In this document: in pieces, positions 36,402-46,480 of the stretch
Numbering within the stretch: the first letter of the stretch is position 1
Layout of the letters: every line of letters starts with the position of its first letter
From: Patescibacteria group bacterium
GTDB lineage: Bacteria; Patescibacteriota; Saccharimonadia; Saccharimonadales; JAZKJC01
Reading direction: 5' to 3'
DNA: 64,000 bases
Assembly (NCBI GenBank): GCA_040384565.1
Contig: JAZKJC010000023.1
Span: 1,481 to 65,480 of the forward strand
Notes under the pieces: generated by a model
What the model was told of the DNA's origin: nothing
Seen by the model: the letters and a program-made list of their open reading frames with translations, nothing else
Databases searched by the model: none
Translations under genes and position numbers: made by a program

Positions 36402-37532
36402 TTGTACGGTATGAGCAACCACATTGTTATTGATGCGCGCATCCGCCGTTCCAGCACTGGCCGGTACGTTGACCGTCTAGTGGAGCACTTGCAGGCAATT
36501 GATCACGAAAACCGTTATACCGTCCTTGCTCAACCTGACGACCCATGGCAGCCAGTTGCCAAAAACTTTGCCCGTGAGGACTGTGGGTTTGCCCAGTTTT
36601 CTTTTAATCCTATGGACCAAATTAAGTTTCCGCGTCAACTGCGCAAGTTACAGCCCGATCTGATACATTTTCCTATGAACCAACAACCAGTCTTTTATGC
36701 CGGCAAAGTAGTAACATCTACGCTAGATCTCACCATGCTGAGCTTCACCCGTGCAGGCAAAACACCACTGCCAATATTTTGGCTCAAGATGCTGGGTTAT
36801 CGTTTTTTGTTTGCCCGCAGCAATAAAAAATCAAAAGCAGTTATTACTATATCTAACTACGTCAAAGATGCCTTGGCCAAAAAATATCCGTTCACGATTG
36901 GCAAAACTTTTACGACATATTGCGCAAGCGAACCGCCGCTGCTTGTGAAAGCCGTCGAGCCCGCCATTGCTCAAAACTCATTGCTCAAAACTCAAGGGTT
37001 TTTGCTATATGTGGGCGCCGCTTTCCCGCACAAGAATCTGGAAACGCTTATCAAAGCCTTTGAAATCGCTAATGCGGCGCATCCTGAACTAAATTTGATT
37101 CTGGTAGGGAAGAGGGAATACTACTATGAAAAGCTGGAACAGTTCGCGGAAGACTCCCCCGCCCGGGCTTCAATTATATTTACCGGCTTTATTCCAGACG
37201 AAGAACTCAAATGGTTGTACGAAAACGCCGAGATGTATGTGTTCCCTTCCTTGAGCGAGGGTTTTGGATTACCTGGGCTGGAAGCTATGGTGCACGGCTG
37301 CCCTGTTATCAGCAGCAATGCCACTTGCCTGCCAGAGGTATATGAAGACGCTGCCCTATATTTCGACCCGCATAACACTGAAGATATGGCAGAAAAGATT
37401 CAGATCGTCTTGTCAGACAAAAATATCCGCCAAAACTTAATAGAAGCCGGCCACATCCAAGCTGCTAAATTCTCCTGGCGCCGCATGGCCGAACAAACCC
37501 TGGAAATCTACCAAAAAGTCCTCGCTGATTAG
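36402..37532 (+). CDS. Family-4 glycosyltransferase
   Basis: 376 aa; PSLSEGFGLPGLEAMVHGCPVISS motif. Confidence 0.8.
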   Translation: MYGMSNHIVIDARIRRSSTGRYVDRLVEHLQAIDHENRYTVLAQPDDPWQPVAKNFAREDCGFAQFSFNPMDQIKFPRQLRKLQPDLIHFPMNQQPVFYAGKVVTSTLDLTMLSFTRAGKTPLPIFWLKMLGYRFLFARSNKKSKAVITISNYVKDALAKKYPFTIGKTFTTYCASEPPLLVKAVEPAIAQNSLLKTQGFLLYVGAAFPHKNLETLIKAFEIANAAHPELNLILVGKREYYYEKLEQFAEDSPARASIIFTGFIPDEELKWLYENAEMYVFPSLSEGFGLPGLEAMVHGCPVISSNATCLPEVYEDAALYFDPHNTEDMAEKIQIVLSDKNIRQNLIEAGHIQAAKFSWRRMAEQTLEIYQKVLAD

Positions 37533-38542
37533 CGTTTTAGTTTTCGCCAGTATTGCATTATAAGGCGGCCAACTTCCGCACCGTCATGGCGGATGAATGT
37601 TCGCCGTACGGCCACGTCGTTGACTGGTGCCGGGAATACGTGGCCGGCAACCACATTACCCCCTATTGACCGGGCTTTAATCTCCTTGAACCTTTCATCA
37701 TCAAAAGCCACCGGGAACTCGCCAGCGGCAGCGTATTTTTTTAATAAATAAGTGCTGGGTGGACGGTTGTTATACAGCACCATGTCTATAGTGCCCTTGC
37801 CCAACTCCCGTTCAAACCTATGAATATAGTCCACCGCATGCCAACCATCAGTCTGGCCGGGTTTTGTCACCAGATTAGAAACTACAATTTTTGGGGCTTT
37901 GGCAGCGCGTATTGCTTCTGGCACACCATTGACTGCCAGTAGCGAAAGCAGCGATCCATACAAACTGCCTGGGGCCAGCACAATTAGATCGGCTGCTGCC
38001 AGTGCGGCGGCTGCGTCAGGATTCATCACAGCCGCTGGCTCTAGTTCAAGCTTGGGATCAGCCGTACGCAAGACGCTTTGGTCAATTTCAAATTGCCCCC
38101 GGATGGTACGCCTGCCGTCATGCAGCACAAGCGTGTGCTTGTCTGTGGTAATAGGTATAACCTGCCCGGTAATGTTTAGGACTGAGCTAGCGACTTTAAT
38201 GGCCTTTCTAAAATCATACTGCAGCTCCAACCCCGCCAATATGATGTTGCCAAGTGACTGCCCCGCCAACGAGCCCTCCCCAAAACGATAGCCAAAAATA
38301 TCCCGTATTTCCGGCGCATTACTTAGCGCCACCAGGCATTGCCGCACATCGCCGGCTGGCAATACGCCCAGCTCGTCCCTTAACCTGCCAGTTGAGCCCC
38401 CATCATCGCACATAGTAATCAGCGCAGTTATGTGCGGAGTAATGCGCTTTAAGTCCTGAAGCAAAGTAAAGCTGCCGGTTCCACCACCGCAGACAACAAT
38501 TTTAGGAGGCTCAAGGAGCCTTTTTTTACCGATTTTCAACAT
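37529..38542 (-). CDS. YvcK/CofD-family protein (UPF0052, gluconeogenesis factor-like)
   Basis: 337 aa; VVCGGGTGSFTLL, DDGGSTGRLR, LGNIILAG motifs. Confidence 0.8.
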   Translation of the reverse strand: MLKIGKKRLLEPPKIVVCGGGTGSFTLLQDLKRITPHITALITMCDDGGSTGRLRDELGVLPAGDVRQCLVALSNAPEIRDIFGYRFGEGSLAGQSLGNIILAGLELQYDFRKAIKVASSVLNITGQVIPITTDKHTLVLHDGRRTIRGQFEIDQSVLRTADPKLELEPAAVMNPDAAAALAAADLIVLAPGSLYGSLLSLLAVNGVPEAIRAAKAPKIVVSNLVTKPGQTDGWHAVDYIHRFERELGKGTIDMVLYNNRPPSTYLLKKYAAAGEFPVAFDDERFKEIKARSIGGNVVAGHVFPAPVNDVAVRRTFIRHDGAEVGRLIMQYWRKLKR

Positions 38543-38597
38543 GCAAGGTTTAATATAAGCTTCGAATTTTTTGTGTCAATGCCATTAGGCTAACTAT

Positions 38598-39353
38598 TCA
38601 ACGTGTTTGGGCCGCAGCTACAAACGCCGCAAATAACTTCTGCCATAATGGCTCAATCGTCGCTTCCAGGGCTTCAGGATGGCATTGCACACCGCACACA
38701 AACGCTTTGCCGGGCAGTTCCAACGCTTCTATCATGCCGTCTTCTGACCAGGCTGTCGCCCGGAGCTTGCTTGCCAGTGTTTTGACAGCTTGGTGGTGGT
38801 TAGCATTGGCTTTGATGGTTGCGGAACTTAACATGGCTGCCAGCTTAGATTCCGGCGCAATACGCAATACATGGGCGATATGCCCCAAGTCTTTAACTTC
38901 ATTAGCCCCCCGGTGGCCCTGCCCATGTGGCACATCCCGGGCAATATCCTGGTACAGCGTGCCGCCACAAGCTACATTTATAACCTGCATGCCCCGGCAA
39001 ATCCCCAAGACTGGTTTTTGGTCTTTTAGTGCCAGACTCAGCAGCAGCAATTCCACGTCATCGCGCATGTCAGAAATTTTCATATTCCCACGTCTGGGCT
39101 TTTCGCCGTAAAGCTTGGGGTTAATATCTGTCCCGCCAGCAAACATCAGCCCATCCAGCTTGGTGTATATATCTTTTATGGCTTGTTCATCAGTTGTAAG
39201 CGGAATTATGACGGGCAAACCGCCGGCACTGACAATAGCGTCTGTGTACGTATGTGGCTGGCCGTAAGCAATTGGGTACCAGGGTATGTGTTTGTTCTGT
39301 ATCTCGCCAGCAATTACGCCGATCAAAGGCTTCATCCTCTTAAATCTTACCAC
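38598..39353 (-). CDS. Class I glutamine amidotransferase-like hydrolase (peptidase C26 / PuuD-like)
   Basis: 251 aa; nucleophile elbow GICRGMQ, HHQAV, GVQCHPE. Confidence 0.8.
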   Translation of the reverse strand: MVRFKRMKPLIGVIAGEIQNKHIPWYPIAYGQPHTYTDAIVSAGGLPVIIPLTTDEQAIKDIYTKLDGLMFAGGTDINPKLYGEKPRRGNMKISDMRDDVELLLLSLALKDQKPVLGICRGMQVINVACGGTLYQDIARDVPHGQGHRGANEVKDLGHIAHVLRIAPESKLAAMLSSATIKANANHHQAVKTLASKLRATAWSEDGMIEALELPGKAFVCGVQCHPEALEATIEPLWQKLFAAFVAAAQTR

Positions 39354-39372
39354 ATGGGCTCAGCTACAATGC

Positions 39373-40092
39373 CTAAAACTTGGTGTAGGGTTGTGTGTGT
39401 ACAACTCCTACCGGATTTAATATTACGGCTGTTGATAGCAGGTCGGCAGTCAGTTGTCCAATAGGTACGTCGTGAATATCCCCCTCCCTAATACTTAAAT
39501 TGCACAGTATGGCACCAACTATAGGAACCGTGCCAGGTGTGAGAGTGGGCGCTATAGAGGTTTCACCGTTAGCTTCCCATATAGCCGCCCGTTCATCGAA
39601 CATTAAATAGCGCGGCCCACGGTCATCTGGTTTGGTGGGCGCCCGTACATCCGCAAAGTTTGCCCGCAAATTAAACGTCCCATCGCCCATTTTTTTCAGT
39701 TCCAGATATTTCAGGAATGTGGGCGGAGACGGTTCTTTGGACTCCTCGCCCAGTACGCCAGTATTGTACAACAATGCTAAAGCAGCCTTTAGCGAAGCTT
39801 CGCGATCTGATCCTCCTGATGGCCTATGCAAGAGCTTATACCCAGGCAATTTTTTGATACCAGAGGGTGGAGCATGTACCACTCCAGGATCTTTACGCAT
39901 TTGGGCCGTAACAGTTTCCGGCACATGCTCCCTAAATATTCTCATGAATTTTGTTTGCCACTCTATCCCAATGGTTCGGCCCAAAGCAATCATGCTTAAA
40001 GCCTTTGCCCCGCCATTAATTTTACCTTTCCGAGCGCTTTCAGCTTGCTGCATATCTGCAAGTTCCATTGCTAACCTATCAAATCGTGACAT
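39373..40092 (-). CDS. Hypothetical protein
   Basis: 239 aa, no TM segment or motif recognised; called on ORF length and spacing only. Confidence 0.4.
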   Translation of the reverse strand: MSRFDRLAMELADMQQAESARKGKINGGAKALSMIALGRTIGIEWQTKFMRIFREHVPETVTAQMRKDPGVVHAPPSGIKKLPGYKLLHRPSGGSDREASLKAALALLYNTGVLGEESKEPSPPTFLKYLELKKMGDGTFNLRANFADVRAPTKPDDRGPRYLMFDERAAIWEANGETSIAPTLTPGTVPIVGAILCNLSIREGDIHDVPIGQLTADLLSTAVILNPVGVVHTQPYTKF

Positions 40093-40153
40093 AGAAGTAT
40101 ATTATACCATATTCCTTAACAGATGTATGTGGCTCTACTGGTAAATACCTCCA

Positions 40154-40759
40154 TTGCTGGTTACAATAACCATTATGGCCCGAACAAAAAAACAGAAAAT
40201 ATTGCGCTATGTGATACTTCCATTAGTGACAATAAGCACGCTAGGCGTATTGTCATATGTTTTAATAGTCCGCCCTATGCAAATACGCAACCAAAAACAA
40301 CAGTTTGAAAAGGCAGAAGCCAGCCTAGACACTCTAGCCGCCCAAATAGAACAAACCATCGGCAAACCTGACGAAACCAAGAAAGAAAAAACCTGCGGTA
40401 GAGCAAACCTGAAATCTAGCCAGGGGCCACTTATTTGCAGCATTAGATCATACTTACTTTTTAGATCAAAAACCGCAGATTCAGCCTCTAGTCTTATGGC
40501 ACAACTATCAACACTGAGCAATAAAGAATTGAGAATTGGTTCTGGTGCAGCACGAGGAACATCATTTACATCATCGTCACCCCAAAAGGGTGAGCAAACT
40601 TTTTACCAAGATTTTAGTCTAGACTCAGAGCCAAGCTGCTCGTTCAGCTATAGCTATCCAGCAACCGATAGAGAATTTACGGTTGAAGGTGAAAACTTTG
40701 AATTAGGTCTTGTTTGCGGAGGCAAATCACTTTCCCAACTTTACCCCATAAAAGACTAA
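40154..40759 (+). CDS. Membrane-anchored hypothetical protein
   Basis: 201 aa; basic N-terminus plus a single TM segment (YVILPLVTISTLGVLSYVLIV). Confidence 0.45.
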   Translation: MLVTITIMARTKKQKILRYVILPLVTISTLGVLSYVLIVRPMQIRNQKQQFEKAEASLDTLAAQIEQTIGKPDETKKEKTCGRANLKSSQGPLICSIRSYLLFRSKTADSASSLMAQLSTLSNKELRIGSGAARGTSFTSSSPQKGEQTFYQDFSLDSEPSCSFSYSYPATDREFTVEGENFELGLVCGGKSLSQLYPIKD

Positions 40760-40842
40760 TCACAGTATAGTAAGCTGAGTTAAATTTGCTTTTTAAGGCT
40801 TTCGACCATAAAGTGTAGCTTAACAGTTACCAAAGGTGGCAT

Positions 40843-43833
40843 ATGAGCCCTATACAGTTACGGCGGAGTTGGATTATAGAAGTTGCATGTCTGCTGACAG
40901 GCTTTATGTTGTTTTTTGCCTACTCCCAGTTGGTTAGAGCAGAAGCTACGATTTCCCCATGGTTAACAACAGCTGCTCCAACCCTGGATAAATTGGCAGA
41001 TGTTACAGAAGCTAATCTGCCCACCGCTATAGCTAATGGCAATCAGCCTTGCGAAAAGCGAGATGTAATAACACGCCCACAAAGATTTGTGCCGATACCG
41101 CAGACAAAGCAAAGCCACAGCAGCTGCGTAATCAATACTGCCTACGGTGCAGTTTCCAGCAGTGGCTTTTTGCAACGCCCAGGCAGCACAGTGTCTGGCG
41201 CAGTCAGGAGCAGTGTTGGTGGTTCGACTACACTCTTGCCCATACCTCGCTCCTCGACTGGTTTAGTGCTGAGTGGAGGTGGTTTTGATGGCTCAAATCT
41301 CTACTTCTTTGACAACTTGGATATGTACATTAGCAGTGTTGCCATCAACAATGGCGAGGTTACTCATAAGCTGCCACCGCTTTCCGCAGCAACAGTCTTG
41401 CGTGACAGAAGTGGCAACCTTATCACCGCTACCTATGAGTCTATGAGCTTCTCCGCCAACGGCGACTGGCTGGTAATATATGTTCCGTCGACTGGCATGA
41501 TTAGGGTAAATACTAAAACGCGTGAAATTTTACCGTTTGGGGCAGCCGTCAACACCGGTTCATTAGGGCCATCTTTCCGTACAGCAATTAGCCCTGATGG
41601 CAAATACGCAGTCGTGGCCTCCAAAGTATTTGACATACTAAAACTGTACGATCTGTCTACATGCGCCGCTGTGCCTAACTCGATTACCGCGCCAGTTGCG
41701 TGTAGCTCACGCGATCTACGCCAATTGATCAAAGGCAATATACCCGGCTTTGCCAGCATGATTACAGTGAGGTTCCGCAGCAATTACACATTGGATTTTT
41801 ATAACAGCACTCAACCTGGTTCCCCAACTCCATTTTCTCATCATGTATTAGTAGCCGCTGGGCAGCAAGCTAGTGGTTTCCAGTACTTGGCATTGGGCGA
41901 TTCCTTCGCGGCTGGCGAGGGTGCCTACGCTTACAAAGCCCTGACAGACACAAACGATAACAAATGCCACCTATCACAAGTCTCGTATCCCTACCTCATT
42001 TCAAGTGCTTTAGGATACGGGGAATACGAATCGGTGGCATGCTCCGGAGCTGTTATTGATGATATAGTTCGAAAGGACGATGAGTATGAGGGGCAGGTTA
42101 AAGATGGGAAAACAAGACTAGATAGGAATATTGATAATGTTTTGAAAAGTTTTAGCTCAGGATACTTGGGGCAAAAGGAGTTTCTTGAAAAACATAGTCC
42201 CAAGCTCATAACCATATCTACAATCGGCAATGATATAGGTTTCGCGGATAAAATAAAACGCTGCCTAGGCAGTGACACCTGCTATGAAACGTATGAAGAC
42301 CGGTTAGAAATCGTCCAAGAAATCAACCAACAGTTTGACCGGCTAACCGATATGTACAGTCAAATCAAAGGTGCTGGCGACCCCAGAGCAAAAATCTACA
42401 TCATTGGCTACCCGCAAATTGGTGACCCAAGCGGCAACTGCGCGCTAAACGTTCATCTCAATCAACAAGAGCTCCAATTTGCCAACGATTTGGTTAGCTA
42501 TCTAAACTCTGTCATTAAAATCGCGGCCACCAAAATCGGAGTTGCCTACGTTGATGTGGAAAATGCTTTTGCCGGCCACCGGCTATGCGAAACCGATAGC
42601 TGGAACGTAGCCGTCAACGGCCTAACCAATGGCAACGATATCGTGGATATCCCTTTTGTCCACGGCCCGATAGCTAACGAGAGCTACCACCCAACTGCCT
42701 TTGGCCAATATCTACTCAAGACTGCTATTCTGGACAAAACTGCCAACCTAAGCCTGCCCATGCCCTCTCCAAACTCCGCTATCATACTTCCTGACATCCA
42801 GAGCACACTCCCTATCCTGAATGCTCCCAAAAGCACGCCTACACGCCCTGTTCACATTATTCAAAGCTATACCGGCAATGAAGCGGACATTCTGGAATTT
42901 GGCAAAACCTGGGCATACGAGTACACAGGGTTATCGGACGTAGTCCAAGTAGGTAGCTCAGTTAAAGCAGTGCTCAACTCCGCACCTGTTAACCTTGGTG
43001 AATTCCCGGTAGATGCCTCGGGCAACGTGACAATAACCACAAATATCCCCAACTCTGTCCCTACTGGGTTTCACACCCTACATCTATACGGCAAAAACTC
43101 CAGCGGAGAAGAAGTAGACATCTACAAAACGGTATACGTAAGTAATGGTACCCCGGCCAACTCCTGCACAGTGGTTGAACCTAGCAATATCGACACGGAC
43201 AAAGACAACCAGGACGATGCCTGCGACCGTTTTATAGATCAGACCCCAATTGTAGCTCCACCCAGTCTTGAGCTATCTGATGATACCCCTAACGTTGAAG
43301 TCATCCCAATAACTCCCCCTACTTTGCCCCCCATAAACGAGGACTTACCATCGCTGATAGTAACTCCAACACCAATAGTTACCTTGCCACCAATCAACAC
43401 TCCCGTTAACCTGCCGGTTACTGACCCCCAGATCCCAACTGAAAACCCTCAAACAACTGCACCGCCAGACACAACCAATAACCCCCAAGACACAAAACCT
43501 CCAGAAAACAACCCAGAAACCGTAGCCGGCCACGAAGAGCTAGTTAACCCATCTAGCGAAACCGCATCAAGCACCCCTATTCAGCTAGTAGTGGCAACCC
43601 ACAGAAGCTTCCCGCCGCCGCTTACAGACACTTCTTCACCTGCCTCTCCGCAGGAGGTTGCGGCCGCGACCACCACGGCTGAAGAAAAGCCACTTTCATA
43701 TGACCAGGAAATTACTGAGCTGGCAACCCAAACGCCAAGAAAAGAATACAACAAATGGCTTTTAATACCTGTGGCACTACTAATCCTGGCAACCTTGTCA
43801 GTATTAATAATGGTCATACGCCGCCCCAAATAA
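40843..43833 (+). CDS. Large surface protein with SGNH/GDSL hydrolase domain, Pro-rich stalk and C-terminal TM anchor
   Basis: 996 aa; signal/anchor. SGNH blocks: LALGDSFAAGEG, ACSGA, TIGNDIGF, SYHPT. The Pro/Thr-rich region covers aa 800-900, with a terminal LLIPVALLILATLSVLIMVIRRPK. Confidence 0.7.
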   Translation: MSPIQLRRSWIIEVACLLTGFMLFFAYSQLVRAEATISPWLTTAAPTLDKLADVTEANLPTAIANGNQPCEKRDVITRPQRFVPIPQTKQSHSSCVINTAYGAVSSSGFLQRPGSTVSGAVRSSVGGSTTLLPIPRSSTGLVLSGGGFDGSNLYFFDNLDMYISSVAINNGEVTHKLPPLSAATVLRDRSGNLITATYESMSFSANGDWLVIYVPSTGMIRVNTKTREILPFGAAVNTGSLGPSFRTAISPDGKYAVVASKVFDILKLYDLSTCAAVPNSITAPVACSSRDLRQLIKGNIPGFASMITVRFRSNYTLDFYNSTQPGSPTPFSHHVLVAAGQQASGFQYLALGDSFAAGEGAYAYKALTDTNDNKCHLSQVSYPYLISSALGYGEYESVACSGAVIDDIVRKDDEYEGQVKDGKTRLDRNIDNVLKSFSSGYLGQKEFLEKHSPKLITISTIGNDIGFADKIKRCLGSDTCYETYEDRLEIVQEINQQFDRLTDMYSQIKGAGDPRAKIYIIGYPQIGDPSGNCALNVHLNQQELQFANDLVSYLNSVIKIAATKIGVAYVDVENAFAGHRLCETDSWNVAVNGLTNGNDIVDIPFVHGPIANESYHPTAFGQYLLKTAILDKTANLSLPMPSPNSAIILPDIQSTLPILNAPKSTPTRPVHIIQSYTGNEADILEFGKTWAYEYTGLSDVVQVGSSVKAVLNSAPVNLGEFPVDASGNVTITTNIPNSVPTGFHTLHLYGKNSSGEEVDIYKTVYVSNGTPANSCTVVEPSNIDTDKDNQDDACDRFIDQTPIVAPPSLELSDDTPNVEVIPITPPTLPPINEDLPSLIVTPTPIVTLPPINTPVNLPVTDPQIPTENPQTTAPPDTTNNPQDTKPPENNPETVAGHEELVNPSSETASSTPIQLVVATHRSFPPPLTDTSSPASPQEVAAATTTAEEKPLSYDQEITELATQTPRKEYNKWLLIPVALLILATLSVLIMVIRRPK

Positions 43834-43837
43834 CCCC

Positions 43838-44579
43838 TACTGTACAAGGTTGAACCTTGTACAGTATGATTAAGGCATGCCTAGCAGGAATGTAGTTAAG
43901 CAGTTTGAGGCTGATGCTATGTATCATGTCTATAACCGCGGAGTTGATAAGAGGATTATTTTTGCTGATGAACGTGATTACGCTGTTTTTCTGAGTTTTC
44001 TAAAATATGCGCTTTTATCTGATTCAGAAAAATCTAAGAAAGATGAATTTGACCCCTCCCTCCTCACTGAAGCCCAACGATTTAACCTAAGGCGAGAAGG
44101 TTTGGCAGAAAAAGTTGACCTGGTTAGTTTTTGTCTCATGCCCAACCACTTCCATCTTTTGTTGTTTCAGCATTCGCCTGATGGTATCACCAAGCTAATG
44201 CGCTCGATCATAACCGGTTACTCAATGTACTTTAATAAACGCCATAAGCGGGTTGGAAGTTTATTCCAAGGTGTTTATAAGGCTAGCCGTATTAATTCTG
44301 ATGCATATTGGTGGCACGTAAGCCGATACATACACCTTAACCCCATAGATTTGGGTACTGATTATAAGATGTATCCCTACTCTAGTTACCGGTTCTTTAC
44401 TAATAACGCCAAGGCAGAATGGGTAAAGCCAGATAGGGTATTGGGTATTTTCAAGAACATAGCCGAATATGAAAAATTTGTAACTGAATATATACCCCAC
44501 AGAAACGAACTTTTAGAAATCAAAGATGTTTTGGCCAACTCTAAAGAACTTACTGTACAAGGTTGAACCTTGTACAGTA
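43838..44579 (+). mobile_element. IS200/RAYT-like unit: Y1 transposase gene bracketed by two identical 29-nt palindromes
   Basis: TACTGTACAAGGTTGAACCTTGTACAGTA occurs at 43838-43866 and 44551-44579 (14-bp stem). Total length is 742 bp. Confidence 0.75.
43877..44566 (+). CDS. HUH Y1 transposase (IS200/IS605 TnpA / REP-associated RAYT-like)
   Basis: 229 aa; YHVYNRG, HUH motif MPNHFHLLL, Tyr motif SRYIHLNP. The stop codon TGA sits at the centre of the downstream palindrome. Confidence 0.75.
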   Translation: MPSRNVVKQFEADAMYHVYNRGVDKRIIFADERDYAVFLSFLKYALLSDSEKSKKDEFDPSLLTEAQRFNLRREGLAEKVDLVSFCLMPNHFHLLLFQHSPDGITKLMRSIITGYSMYFNKRHKRVGSLFQGVYKASRINSDAYWWHVSRYIHLNPIDLGTDYKMYPYSSYRFFTNNAKAEWVKPDRVLGIFKNIAEYEKFVTEYIPHRNELLEIKDVLANSKELTVQG

Positions 44580-44630
44580 GTAAGGCAGGTTTGTTTGTTG
44601 TAAGTTTAAGTTTGGTAGGGGCTGGGTTTG

Positions 44631-45158
44631 TTATTTTGAGGGTTTTAGGACTATGTGGCGGTCACGACCTTCGCCTACTGATTCTGTGGTTAGGCCGGCT
44701 TCTCCGGCTACTTTGTGGACTATGCGGCGATCGGCTGCATTCATGGGGTTTAGCTCCATGGGCTCCTTGGTATCCTGGACTTTTTTGATCCAATCTTCGG
44801 CGCGTTCGGCTAGTTGCCCAGCCCTGGCCTTTTTATAATCTGCCACATCCACGTTGACTCTAGTGTGGGCGTAACGGTTGCTTCTGAGGGCGCTAGATAC
44901 AAGGAACTGAAGCGCACGCATGGTATCGCCCTGTTGGCCGATTAAAAAGCCATTTAGATGCGTGCTGGGGACATTAAGCTCAATAACTTCGTTGTCTTCT
45001 GTTGTGGCGTACACATCGGTATTTAGACCAAAGAAAGACAGCAGGTCTTCTAGGTACTTTTTAGCATATTGGATGGCTTCTTCCACGTCTTCAATAACAT
45101 CACCGGCTGGGGATGAATCAGCTGCTAAGTCGGTGTTTTCGAGCTCGTTATCGCTCAT
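44631..45158 (-). CDS. jag: Jag/KhpB-type RNA-binding protein (KH + R3H)
   Basis: 175 aa; R3H-type MNAADRRIVHKVA...GLTTESVGEG..R.IVL; conserved position after yidC. Confidence 0.8.
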   Translation of the reverse strand: MSDNELENTDLAADSSPAGDVIEDVEEAIQYAKKYLEDLLSFFGLNTDVYATTEDNEVIELNVPSTHLNGFLIGQQGDTMRALQFLVSSALRSNRYAHTRVNVDVADYKKARAGQLAERAEDWIKKVQDTKEPMELNPMNAADRRIVHKVAGEAGLTTESVGEGRDRHIVLKPSK

Positions 45159-46078
45159 TTTTTCCTCCGTTTTTTGCCGTTGGAGGATTTCTTTTTGTCT
45201 GATTTTGGTTTTTTAGGCTTTTCAACGACTTCGCCCTCTATGATGGGTTTTTCGTCTGCTAGTTTTTCCATCTCTGTTTCATCCTGGCCCAAAATACGAG
45301 CTTGTTGAATATAGGCCACGATGCCAGTTGTGAGCCAGTATAGCGATAACGCGGAAGCTAGGTTGATAGTAAATATAATAATCACAAACGGCAACAAGTA
45401 TCTTGTGCTTTTGCCAACAGCCGCATTGACCTCGGCTTGTTCGGCTTTTTTGCCGGTACCGGCTTCCTTTAAGATTGACCGAAGCCCCCGCCCGTCTTTA
45501 GGATTAGGCATGAGCTGCTTGCTCTGATAATACTGCGCAACTGCACTGGCCAGCACCAGAAATAGGGCTGGATAATAAAAACCGCCGGCCTTATTTATTG
45601 CTGGTCGGGTCAGATCAATAAAACCCAGCAAAGTTGCATCGAAATCACCAATATTTCCAGCTATCGCCTTGAGCCCAGGCAGGCTGTGTAGGGCATTGTA
45701 CGAAAAGTCAAAAATGGTCTGCGGGTTAACTACCAGCCGGTTTAGGCCAGAATACAAGCCAATCAAGATTATAAGTTGCACGACTAGGATACCGATTGAG
45801 CCAAACGGGCTGATACCGCGCTCTTTGTATAGCTCCATTAGCATCATTGATTCTTGTTGGCGGTTACCCTTGGTGCTTTGCTTGATTTTTTTCAGCTCTG
45901 GTTGGAGCTCCCGCATGGCTTTGGCCTGGTGCAACTGTTTTTTGACAAGTGGCCACATCAGTAAACGTACAACAATAGTAAACAAGATTATGCTGACGCC
46001 AAAGTTGTACCCCGGGACAAGCCCGTAGATCAACACCAAAAGATTGAATATAGGCTTTACTATCAACACCTCAAACAT
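45155..46078 (-). CDS. yidC: Membrane protein insertase YidC (short form)
   Basis: 307 aa; PLVKKQ...MRELQPELKKI...YKERGISPF pattern; synteny rnpA-yidC-jag. Confidence 0.85.
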   Translation of the reverse strand: MFEVLIVKPIFNLLVLIYGLVPGYNFGVSIILFTIVVRLLMWPLVKKQLHQAKAMRELQPELKKIKQSTKGNRQQESMMLMELYKERGISPFGSIGILVVQLIILIGLYSGLNRLVVNPQTIFDFSYNALHSLPGLKAIAGNIGDFDATLLGFIDLTRPAINKAGGFYYPALFLVLASAVAQYYQSKQLMPNPKDGRGLRSILKEAGTGKKAEQAEVNAAVGKSTRYLLPFVIIIFTINLASALSLYWLTTGIVAYIQQARILGQDETEMEKLADEKPIIEGEVVEKPKKPKSDKKKSSNGKKRRKK

Positions 46079-46475
46079 CCGAGGCCTCCTTACTTGACTC
46101 TATCTTACCATGGGGCGGGTCAGATGTGGGCTTCAAAAGCCCGCCTTGACGGAGCTGGGCACGCATTAGGCGCTGCAATTGATCTGCCGGAATTGTGGCA
46201 AGACTATCGCTAAAAACGGTAATAACGATATCGTACGGACCACTCAGCAACGGTTCGTAGGCCCGGAAAGCCTCGTACAAGCGGCGACGGATTCGGTTAC
46301 GCTTGACAGCGGATTTGCTAATTTTTTTGCTTACCACAACCGCCAGCCGGTAGCTTGGACGTTTTTTATTAAGCGAGTACTTAAGGGCTGTCATGGGCCC
46401 GCGAACGGTTTGGCCGTGCTGGTACACAAAACGGAGTGAACCATGGCCATGAAAACGGTGGACTCGGCTAATCAT
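46071..46475 (-). CDS. rnpA: Ribonuclease P protein component
   Basis: 134 aa; RLAVVVSKKISKSAVKRNRIRRRLYEAF matches the RnpA basic motif. Confidence 0.8.
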   Translation of the reverse strand: MISRVHRFHGHGSLRFVYQHGQTVRGPMTALKYSLNKKRPSYRLAVVVSKKISKSAVKRNRIRRRLYEAFRAYEPLLSGPYDIVITVFSDSLATIPADQLQRLMRAQLRQGGLLKPTSDPPHGKIESSKEASDV

Positions 46476-46480
46476 ACTTC

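Noticed and set aside
43300-43833. Sortase (LPXTG) anchoring of the 996-aa surface protein.
   Set aside because: The C-terminus has a Pro-rich stalk, a TM helix and an RRPK tail. No LPXTG-like motif precedes the helix, so it reads as a simple C-terminal membrane anchor.
44570-44788. The 72-aa plus-strand ORF after the Y1 transposase as part of the mobile unit.
   Set aside because: It overlaps the 3' end of jag antisense and is Leu/Gly/Arg-rich. The element already ends at the second palindrome (44579).
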